From NCBI GenBank assembly GCA_963711485.1, contig CAVQEM010000084.1:50180-114179 (forward strand): a DNA stretch of 64,000 nucleotides. Reading direction: 5' to 3'. Both the position numbers and the translations under genes were made by a program. Origin of the DNA: an uncultured Actinomycetes bacterium (GTDB lineage Bacteria; Actinomycetota; Actinomycetes; Streptosporangiales; Streptosporangiaceae). Numbering within the stretch: the stretch's first letter is position 1; the number at the start of each line of letters is the position of its first letter. The notes beneath the pieces were generated by a model. It saw only the letters and a list, made by a program, of their open reading frames with translations. It was not told where the DNA came from and did no database searches. Positions 20,534 through 28,214 of the stretch are shown piece after piece.

Positions 20534-21634
20534 ATGGACGGCAGCGCCAGCCCGGGGGAACGGCCCCCCGCCCCGCTTTCCCGGGGGACTTCCCCCGGAG
20601 CCCCCGGCCCCCGCACGTCGCCGGCCCGGAGGGAACACGCCTCCGGCGCGCCCCCCCTCGCCGGCGCGGATGAGCTGGAACTGTTCGCGCAGATGTGTTT
20701 CCTGCGGCGTTTCGAGGAGCGGGTTGACACGCTGTACCGGCAGGGCCAGATCCACGGCCCGGTGCACCTGGGGCTCGGCCAGGAGGCCATCGCCGTCGGG
20801 GCCGCGTCCGTGCTCCGCCCCGGCGACTACTCGCTGGGCACCTACCGGGGGCACGCGCACGCGCTGGCCCGGGGCGCCCCGGCCGACGCGGTCCTGGCCG
20901 AGCTGCTCGGCCGCGAGGGCGGGATCTGCGGGGGCAAGGGCGGCTCCATGCACATCACCAGCGTGGAGCACGGCTACTACGGCTCCTACGCCATCGTCGG
21001 CGCGCACCTTCCGATCGCCTGCGGCCTGGCCTGGGCGGCCCGGATCCGCCGCAGCGGGCAGGTCACCGCGTGCTTCTTCGGCGACGGGACCACCAACATC
21101 GGCGCGTTCCACGAAGCGGTCAACCTGGCCGCGGTGTGGCGGCTGCCGGTCGTGTTCGTGTGCGAGAACAACTGGTACATGGAGTACACCCCGATCGGGC
21201 ACGTGATCCCGGTCGGGCTGCCCGCCGCCGACCGGGCCGCCGCCTACGGACTGCCCCCGATCGTGGTCGACGGCAACGACGTCGCCGCGGTCCGGCAGGT
21301 GGTCGGCGACGCGGTCCGCGCCGCCCGGGACGGTGACGGGCCGAGCCTGATCGAGGCGCAGACCTACCGGCTCAAGGGCCACTCGGCCGCGGATGCCGCC
21401 GCGTACCGCCCGGCGGAGGAAGTGGCCCGCTGGCGCGAGCGGGATCCGCTGCTGCTCGCCCGGGCCACGCTGGTGGCCGACGGCACGGCCGCGGAGAAGC
21501 TGGACGAGATCGACACGCGGATCAAGGCCGACCTGGCCGAGCTGGCCCAGCAGGTGCTGGCCCGGCCCGTCCCCGACCCGGCCGGGGCCTGGACCGACGT
21601 GTGGAGCGATGGGAGCTGGCAATGGCGGAACTGA
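20534..21634 (+). CDS. TPP-dependent 2-oxoacid/acetoin dehydrogenase E1 alpha subunit
   Basis: GQIHGPVHLGLGQEA, GKGGSMH, and the TPP motif FFGDGTTNIGAFHEAVNLAAVWRLPVVFVCENN. Confidence 0.8.
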   Translation: MDGSASPGERPPAPLSRGTSPGAPGPRTSPARREHASGAPPLAGADELELFAQMCFLRRFEERVDTLYRQGQIHGPVHLGLGQEAIAVGAASVLRPGDYSLGTYRGHAHALARGAPADAVLAELLGREGGICGGKGGSMHITSVEHGYYGSYAIVGAHLPIACGLAWAARIRRSGQVTACFFGDGTTNIGAFHEAVNLAAVWRLPVVFVCENNWYMEYTPIGHVIPVGLPAADRAAAYGLPPIVVDGNDVAAVRQVVGDAVRAARDGDGPSLIEAQTYRLKGHSAADAAAYRPAEEVARWRERDPLLLARATLVADGTAAEKLDEIDTRIKADLAELAQQVLARPVPDPAGAWTDVWSDGSWQWRN

Positions 21635-22635
21635 CCTACCGGCAGGCCGTCGCCGCCGCGCTGGCCCAGGAGATGGCCCGGGACGACCGGGTCGTGCTGC
21701 TCGGCGAGGACGTCGGCTCCGGCGGGGTGTTCAAGACCACCGGGGGCCTGCGTGAGCGGTTCGGGGCGGACCGGGTCTGGGACACGCCGATCTCCGAGCA
21801 GGCCATCGCGGGTGCCGCCATGGGCGCGGCCATGGCCGGGCTGCGGCCGGTGGCCGAGATCATGTTCGCCGACTTCTACGCGACCTGCTGGGACCAGGTA
21901 GCCAACGAGATCGCGAAGGTCCGTTACATGACCGGCGGCCAGGTCAGCCTGCCGCTCGTGCTGCGCGGCGCGAACGGCTCCGGCGGGCTGGGGTTCGGCA
22001 GCCAGCACGGCCAGTCGGTGGAGAACTGGGCCATGACGGTGCCCGGGCTGAAGATCGCCTCACCGGCCGGCCCGGCCGAGGCGTTCGGGCTGCTCGCCGC
22101 GGCCATCCGGGACGACGACCCGGTCATGGTGCTCGAGCACAAGGCGCTGTACGGGCGGAAGGAGGCCATGCCGGAAGGTGGGCCCGACGGTGAGCTTGTG
22201 CTGCCGCTGGGCCAGGCGCGGATCGTGCGCCCGGGCGCCGACGTGACCCTGGTCGGGCTGTCCATCACGGTCGGCACCTGCGTGGCCGCGGCCGCCGAGC
22301 TGGCCGCCGAGGGCATCGAGGCCGAGGTCATCGACCTGCGGACGCTGGTGCCGCTGGACGTGGCCACGGTGCTCGGCTCGGTCGCGCGCACCGGGCGTCT
22401 GGTCGTGGTGGAGGAGAACCCGGGCCAGCTCGGCTGGGGGGCCTCGGTCGCGGCCATCGCGGCGCAGGAGGCGTTCGGCTCGCTCACCGCCCCGGTCACC
22501 CGGGTCAGCGGCGGCAACGTGCCGCTGCCGGTGGCCGCGTCCCTCGAGGCCGAGGTAGATGTGACCGCAGCGCGCGTGGTCGCGGCCAGCCAGGCGGTGC
22601 TGGCCGGCGGCCGGGAGCCGAGCGGAACCCGGTGA
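21622..22635 (+). CDS. TPP-dependent dehydrogenase E1 beta subunit
   Basis: MAELTYRQAVAAALAQEMARDDRVVLLGEDVG..., DTPISEQAIAG. Overlaps the alpha subunit by 13 nt. Confidence 0.85.
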   Translation: MAELTYRQAVAAALAQEMARDDRVVLLGEDVGSGGVFKTTGGLRERFGADRVWDTPISEQAIAGAAMGAAMAGLRPVAEIMFADFYATCWDQVANEIAKVRYMTGGQVSLPLVLRGANGSGGLGFGSQHGQSVENWAMTVPGLKIASPAGPAEAFGLLAAAIRDDDPVMVLEHKALYGRKEAMPEGGPDGELVLPLGQARIVRPGADVTLVGLSITVGTCVAAAAELAAEGIEAEVIDLRTLVPLDVATVLGSVARTGRLVVVEENPGQLGWGASVAAIAAQEAFGSLTAPVTRVSGGNVPLPVAASLEAEVDVTAARVVAASQAVLAGGREPSGTR

Positions 22636-22757
22636 GCTCCTGCCTCGTCCCGCAGGGGCCGCTGCCGGCGGCTGGTTGGTCCGGGCAGGTCATGGTCGGC
22701 CCGGCGAGGCCGATCGCACAGTGAACCCATGAGTCCGTAGCCGGCAAGGAGGCCGAA

Positions 22758-23870
22758 ATGCTAGTGGGCCATGAAGACGTCCTGCTTCCCACCACGATGG
22801 TCGGGAACTATCCCAACCCGCGCTGGTACGACGGGTACGCGCACTCGAAGCTTCCGCCCGGGGCCCTGGTGTATGACTCGCTGACCCGGGAGGCCTACGA
22901 GGACGCGATCCTCGCGGTGGTGCACGACCAGGAGTCCGCCGGGCTGGACATCATCTCCGACGGCCGCGTGCACGGCGGTGACAGCCCGTACGCCCAGGTC
23001 GTGTACCACTATTTCGAGCGGCTGCGCGGGTACGAGATCGACGGGCCCCAGCTTGGGCTGCCGATCTACTCGACGCTGTTCTCCCCCACCGTGGTGGGCG
23101 AGGTGTCCAGGCGCACCTCGTTCGCGATGCCGACCCTGCGCGCGGTGCGCAAGGCGACCAAGAAGCCGGTGAAGATCTCCTACCAGGGCATTCACGTGCT
23201 CGCGGCCGCGTCCAACGACCTGTTCTACAAGGACATGAAGGAACTGGCGACCGCCATCGCGAAGGCCTATCACGAAGACTTCCTGGAGCTCGCGGAGGCG
23301 GGGGCAGAGATCATCCAGCTGGATGAGTTCCTCTGGCCGTACGAGATGAATGACTGGCAGGTCGAGGTCTTCAACCTGGCCGTGGACAATGTCCCCGGCG
23401 TGCAGTTCTGGGTGCACACCTGCTGGGGGAACTACGGCGGCACCCCGGGTTACCTGCCGGACGACACCGAGCAGGAGTACGGGGCATACGTGCTGGCCAG
23501 CCGGCAGGCGGACACGGCGGCCCCCAACCGGGCCTTCGGCATCTTCCCGAAGGTCAAGGAGGCCCACCTGACCGCGCTGAACTGGGAGGTCGGCCGGACC
23601 GGCCCGGACGACCTGAAGCCGCTCGCCGAGAACAACTGGGATAGGGACTTCGTGGCGGGCGTGATCGACGTGAAGTTAACCATCACCGAGACCGCGGATG
23701 AGGTCGCGGACCGGATCCGGCAGTGCCTGGAGTACGTGCCGGCCGAGCGGCTCGGGCTGACCACCGACTGCGGCCTGGTCATGCTGCAGCGGATGACGGC
23801 GCAGAACAAGCTCCGCTCGCTGGCCGAAGGCGCGGCCAAAGTCCGGGCGGAACTCGGCCAGCCGGGCTGA
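22758..23870 (+). CDS. MetE-fold (Meth_synt_2) zinc alkyltransferase, epoxyalkane:CoM transferase-like, copy 1
   Basis: AAGGAGG RBS, 370 aa. Zn ligands are H220-x-C222 (FWVHTCWGN) and C338 (TTDCGL). About 65% identical to 44196..45299. Confidence 0.75.
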   Translation: MLVGHEDVLLPTTMVGNYPNPRWYDGYAHSKLPPGALVYDSLTREAYEDAILAVVHDQESAGLDIISDGRVHGGDSPYAQVVYHYFERLRGYEIDGPQLGLPIYSTLFSPTVVGEVSRRTSFAMPTLRAVRKATKKPVKISYQGIHVLAAASNDLFYKDMKELATAIAKAYHEDFLELAEAGAEIIQLDEFLWPYEMNDWQVEVFNLAVDNVPGVQFWVHTCWGNYGGTPGYLPDDTEQEYGAYVLASRQADTAAPNRAFGIFPKVKEAHLTALNWEVGRTGPDDLKPLAENNWDRDFVAGVIDVKLTITETADEVADRIRQCLEYVPAERLGLTTDCGLVMLQRMTAQNKLRSLAEGAAKVRAELGQPG

Positions 23871-23919
23871 GCGGCGCAGGCACAAGCACAGAATCCGTCA
23901 GCAGGAAAGGTGATAGTCA

Positions 23920-24960
23920 ATGGAAATTCGTGGCGAAGAAGTCCTGCTCCCCGTCTCGGCGGTGTCGGCGTTCCCCCGGCCGCACTGGCTGCAGGGGCGC
24001 GTCCTCGGCTCGCTGAGCGAACCGGTGTACCGCAGCCACAACCTGCGGGTGGCCTACGAGGATGCCTGTCATATCTGCGCGGACGAGCAGGAAAAGGCCG
24101 GGCTGGACATCCTGTGCGACGGCGCCCAGTACTACGAGTGGGAAGCGCCCGGCTTCCAGCTGGAGCCGATCTTCCACTTCATCCCGGAGAACCTGGGCGG
24201 CTTCCGGCCGTACGGTCCCCCTGGTGAGGGTGCCAAGTACCGGCCGTTCTACCAGGCCGTGGTCAAGGACAAGATCACCTGGGAGCGGCCCATCTTCGAG
24301 AGCGTGGTCATGACCATGCAGAACGTCACCGACAAGCCGTTCAAGGTGGCGTTCCTCGGCCCGGCCCAGCAGAGCGTCATCGTCAAGGACGAGTACTACG
24401 GCGACCAGATCGCGGTGGCCCGGGATCTGGCCATCGCGCTCAATCAGGAGCTGAAGTACCTCGTCAGCATCGGGCTGGAGGCGGTGCAGCTGATCGACGT
24501 GCTGGCGCCGTACACCACGGACATGTGGCAGATCGAGATGCAGAACATCCTGTTCGACGGCGTGGACGCGATCAAGTTCTGGCACATCTGCTACGGCAGC
24601 GTGGACGGCCAGCGGGACATCTTCGACAACCACGCCACCTCGATGATGCCGCTGTTCAAGGAGTCGCCCGCCGATGTGATCCACCTGGAGTTCACCAACA
24701 AGGGCTTCGACGAGCTGGAGGCGTTCCGCGACTTCCCCACCGACAAGGTGCTCGGCGCGGGCGTGGTGGACGCGAAGAACCTGCAGGTCGAGACCGCCGG
24801 GCAGATCGAGCGCCGGATCAGGCGCGTGCTGGAGGTCGTCCCGGCCGACCGGCTGCTGGTGGCACCGGACTGCGGGCTGGGGTACTTCAGCCGGACCGCC
24901 GCCTACGCCAAGCTCCGCAACATGGGGCAGGCGGCCGAGACCGTCCGAAGCACCCTGTGA
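23920..24960 (+). CDS. divergent MetE-fold zinc alkyltransferase
   Basis: 346 aa. Keeps H-x-C (FWHICYGS) and the distal Cys (APDCGLGY), but is otherwise far from the two EaCoMT-like copies. Confidence 0.7.
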   Translation: MEIRGEEVLLPVSAVSAFPRPHWLQGRVLGSLSEPVYRSHNLRVAYEDACHICADEQEKAGLDILCDGAQYYEWEAPGFQLEPIFHFIPENLGGFRPYGPPGEGAKYRPFYQAVVKDKITWERPIFESVVMTMQNVTDKPFKVAFLGPAQQSVIVKDEYYGDQIAVARDLAIALNQELKYLVSIGLEAVQLIDVLAPYTTDMWQIEMQNILFDGVDAIKFWHICYGSVDGQRDIFDNHATSMMPLFKESPADVIHLEFTNKGFDELEAFRDFPTDKVLGAGVVDAKNLQVETAGQIERRIRRVLEVVPADRLLVAPDCGLGYFSRTAAYAKLRNMGQAAETVRSTL

Positions 24961-24966
24961 CCAGGG

Positions 24967-25006
24967 CCGCGCGGGCCGGACGCCAGAGGCGTACCGGCCC
25001 GCGCGG
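24967..25006 (+). terminator. 13-bp perfect GC stem, 14-nt loop
   Basis: ccgcgcgggccgg ... ccggcccgcgcgg, 7 nt after the stop of 23920..24960. Confidence 0.5.
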
Positions 25007-25027
25007 TGTTACATTCACGGGGGGAGG

Positions 25028-25721
25028 ATGCGTATGACCGCAGAGGTGGGCCGCGAGGTGCTGGGCCTGCAGCTGCGCGTGGGCGATCACATCTGCGGCT
25101 TCTACCGCCAGCCCTCCGAGCGTGATGACATCCTCATCCCCTTCCTGATCGAGGGGCTCAAGGCGGGTGACAAGTGCACCTGCGTGGTGGACAGCTGCAC
25201 CCCGGAGGACGTGCTGGCCGGCATGGCCGAGCACATCGAGGTGGAGCCCTACCTGTCAGACCGCCAGCTCGAGGTGCTCGACTCCTACGGGACCTATCTG
25301 GCCGAGGGTGGCTTCCTGCCTGAGCGGATGCTGAAGTTCTGGGAGGGCAAGGCCCGCCAGAGCCTGGGCGGGGAGCGGCCCGGAGGCGGGGAGGCGGGGC
25401 GGGGAGCGGCCCGGAGGCGAGGAGCAGGTCAGCCCGGACGCCCCCATGCGGGCCCGGAACATCGGGGACATGAGCTGGGCGCACCGCGACGAGGCGGTGG
25501 TCAGTGACCTGATGGGCTACGAATCCGAGCTGAACCGGATCATGTCGAACTTCCCCCAGGTCAACCTCTGCCTCTACGACCTGACCCGGTGCTCCGGGGA
25601 CCTGATCATGGACGTGCTGAAGACGCACCCCAAGGCGCTGCTCGGCGGCATGGTTATCGACAACCCGTACTACCTGGACCCCGACGAGTTCCTGGCCAGC
25701 AGGCTGGACCGTGACAGCTGA
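25028..25721 (+). pseudogene. MEDS-domain protein, copy 2, disrupted by a 31-nt tandem duplication
   Basis: The N-terminal part is in the frame of 25028 and the C-terminal part (GYESELNRIMSNFPQVNLCLYDL...) in the frame of 25446. Deleting 25367-25397 restores a single ORF. Confidence 0.75.
25367..25428 (+). repeat. 31-nt imperfect tandem duplication (28/31 identical)
   Basis: ggcggggagcggcccggaggcg occurs twice exactly 31 nt apart. Confidence 0.9.
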
Positions 25722-26516
25722 GCCAGGCATAACGGCTCCCCCGGCTGCCGCGCGGATCCCGGCCGAGCGGACCCATCACGGCGACACCGTGATCGACGAG
25801 TACGCGTGGCTGGCCGGCAAGGAGAACCCGGAGACGATCGCGTTCCTGAACGCCGAGAACGCCTACACGCAGGCGCTGACCGCGGGCCAGGCCGCCCTCC
25901 GCGACACGATCTTCGGCGAGATCAAGGCCCGGACCCAGGAGACGGACCTGTCCGTGCCCACCCGCAAGGGCGGCTGGTGGTACTACTCCCGGACGGTCGA
26001 GGGGAAGCAGTACGCGCTGCACTGCCGGCGGGCCGTCCGGGCGGAAGACACCGGACCGCCCGGGACCGGTCAGGGCGGTCCGCTGGACGGCGAGGGGCCG
26101 GACGGGGGGCCGCTGGACGGCGAGGAGGTCCACCCGCCGTCGTGGCGCCGCGGCGCCAGCGCGTGGAGTACGAGGTCGAGCACCAGGGCAGCACGGACGG
26201 CACCGGCCGGCTGCTGATCCTGCACAACGACCACGCGGAAAAGTACCCGCCCGTGCTGGCGGTCACCAGCCTCAACGACACCAGGGTGCTCTACACCGAG
26301 CCGGCCAAGTGGATCGCCCGGCTCCAGGCGGGGGCACGGGGCGGCCCGTTCCTGCTGAAGACCGAGATGACCGCCGGGCACGGCGGCCGCAGCGGCCGGT
26401 ACGACGCGTGGCACGAGGAGGCCCTGGTGCTGGCCTGGATCGTGGCCACCGTCTCGGGCATCCCCGTGATCGGGGTGGGTTTTGCGCCGCCCGCGGCGCA
26501 AAACCCACCCCGATAA
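25711..26516 (+). pseudogene. ptrB: oligopeptidase B (S9A) remnant with large internal deletions
   Basis: The N-terminal ~130 aa is intact (HGDTVIDEYAWLAGKENPETIAFLNAENAYT...). It is followed only by a propeller fragment (EYEVEHQGS..LLILHNDHAE) and the last ~70 aa (VLAVTSLNDTRVLYTEPAKWIARLQ...TEMTAGHGG), in a second frame. Confidence 0.7.
26469..26514. terminator. 46-nt perfect palindrome (22-bp arms), a bidirectional terminator candidate
   Basis: atcggggtgggttttgcgccgc-cc-gcggcgcaaaacccaccccgat, between the convergent ptrB remnant and the aldehyde dehydrogenase. Confidence 0.6.
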
Positions 26517-26555
26517 GGTGCCCCGGCGTCACCTGCGGCCCGGTGTCGCGCTGGC

Positions 26556-28082
26556 TCACCGGCCGTAGGCGTGCCAGTGCGCGCCGAACAGGGCTTCCTC
26601 GCTGATCGTCTTGGGCTCGATGGGCCGGGACACCCAGGTCAGGTTGACGAAGTGCCGCGCGTTGACGTTCTCGGTGGTGATGTTGCCGCCCCAGGCCCCG
26701 CAGCTGAGGCTGAGCGTGAACGGCAGGCCGTTGCGCGGGCTGCCCGCCCCCTCGTTCATGTTCTGGTTCACCAGCACGCGGGCGGTCCGGGTCGTCAGGG
26801 CCAGCCGTTCCACGTTCGCGTCCGAGCTGCTGTGGATGCCGCAGGTGTGGCCGAGCCCCTGGTAGGCGGTGATGGCGTTGACGAGGTCCGCGGCGGCGCT
26901 GATGCCGCCCTCGTACCGGTAGACGGCCAGCACCACGGACAGCTTCTCGCCCGAGAACGGATGATCCGGGCCGGTGCCCGTCTCCTCGACCATGATCATC
27001 GGGCAGGCCGGATCGAGCCCGAAGCCGGCCAGCCCCGCGATGTGCGCCGCGGACTTCGCCACCACGGCGGCCGCGGGCACCGGGCCGCCGTCCGGCCACA
27101 TCACCTGGCGCAGCGCCTCCTTCTGCTCCGCGTCGCACCGGTGCGCCCCGGCCTCGGTCAGCCGCCAGACCAGCTCGTCGTATACGTCCGCGTGGACGAC
27201 CAGGGCGTTGTCGGCCAGGCAACTCGTGGCGTAGTCGAAGGTCTTCGCGGCGAGGATGGCGGAGGCCGCGTCGGCCAGGTCAGCGGTCTCGTCCACCACA
27301 TGCACGGCGTTGCCCACCCCCACCCCGTAGGCCGGGGTGCCGGAGCTGTACGCGGCGTGCACCATGCCCGCGCCGCCGGTCGCGACGATCAGGTCAGCCT
27401 GGCGCATCAGCTCCTGGGTCTTCGGCAGCGACGGCGCGGGCAGCGACTGGACCAGGTCCGCGGGCGCGCCGACCTGCTCGCACGCGGCCCGCATGAACCC
27501 GGCCACCGCCTCGGTGGCGCCGGTGGTCCGCGGGTGCGGCGCGCAGATGATCGCGTTCCGGCCCTTGAGCGCGAACAGCGCCTTGACCGGCGGGGTCGCG
27601 TCCGGCCCGGTGGTCGGGATCAGCGCGGCGACCACCCCGACCGGCTTGGCGATTTTCACCAGGCCGGCCGAGGGCAACTCCTCCACGACCCCGACGGTCC
27701 GCAGCCCGGTCATGTCGGCCAGCACGCCGGTCACCCGTTTGTTGATCTTCGCGACCTTGTCCGTGTAGTTGCCGAACCCGCCCTCGTCCACGGCGAGCCG
27801 GGCCAGCGCCTCGGCGTGGTCCTTGCGCACCACAGCCCAGGCCACCGCCGTGACCAGCTCGTCCACCTGCTCCTGGGTGTAGGACTCGATGGCGCGGGCG
27901 GCCGTGCGGGCCCGGGCCACGACCGCCGCGACCTCGCTGGCCACCGGGCTGGCTTGCGCCGCGCTGGCTCCTGCCGGGCTGGCTCCTGCCGGGCTGGCTT
28001 GCGCCGGGCTGGGGCCCGCCGGGCTGGCCGTCTCAGGGCTGGCCACCACGGGGCCGTGCTTGCTGCTGCTGCGCTCCGTCAT
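26556..28082 (-). CDS. CoA-acylating aldehyde dehydrogenase (EutE/SucD/SauS-like)
   Basis: 508 aa starting at MTERSSSKHG. Motifs IPTTGPDATPPVKALFALKGRNAII and TFDYATSCLADN (catalytic Cys). The N-terminus carries a 15-nt repeat. Confidence 0.8.
   Translation of the reverse strand: MTERSSSKHGPVVASPETASPAGPSPAQASPAGASPAGASAAQASPVASEVAAVVARARTAARAIESYTQEQVDELVTAVAWAVVRKDHAEALARLAVDEGGFGNYTDKVAKINKRVTGVLADMTGLRTVGVVEELPSAGLVKIAKPVGVVAALIPTTGPDATPPVKALFALKGRNAIICAPHPRTTGATEAVAGFMRAACEQVGAPADLVQSLPAPSLPKTQELMRQADLIVATGGAGMVHAAYSSGTPAYGVGVGNAVHVVDETADLADAASAILAAKTFDYATSCLADNALVVHADVYDELVWRLTEAGAHRCDAEQKEALRQVMWPDGGPVPAAAVVAKSAAHIAGLAGFGLDPACPMIMVEETGTGPDHPFSGEKLSVVLAVYRYEGGISAAADLVNAITAYQGLGHTCGIHSSSDANVERLALTTRTARVLVNQNMNEGAGSPRNGLPFTLSLSCGAWGGNITTENVNARHFVNLTWVSRPIEPKTISEEALFGAHWHAYGR
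27946..28050. repeat. 7 x 15-nt tandem repeat (gggctggctcctgcc-like) encoding SPAGA pentapeptides in the ALDH N-terminus
   Basis: Read directly from the sequence. Confidence 0.85.
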
Positions 28083-28214
28083 GCTGCCCAGCGTGACGCC
28101 CGGAGGCGGCGATTCCACTGTTCTGGCGGGTCGAGCCTGCCCCGCTTCTTTGTCCTGGTAAGACCTGACTGCGGTGGCGGCGCGGCCCGCATGCTCGGAT
28201 GACCGGGCGTCGAG

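Noticed and set aside
20534-22635. The E1 alpha/beta pair as the archaeal-type sulfopyruvate decarboxylase ComDE of CoM biosynthesis
   Set aside because: ComD and ComE are small (~170-190 aa) subunits of a different TPP family. These proteins are full-size 2-oxoacid/acetoin dehydrogenase E1 subunits. The operon downstream already supplies the bacterial (non-ComDE) route.
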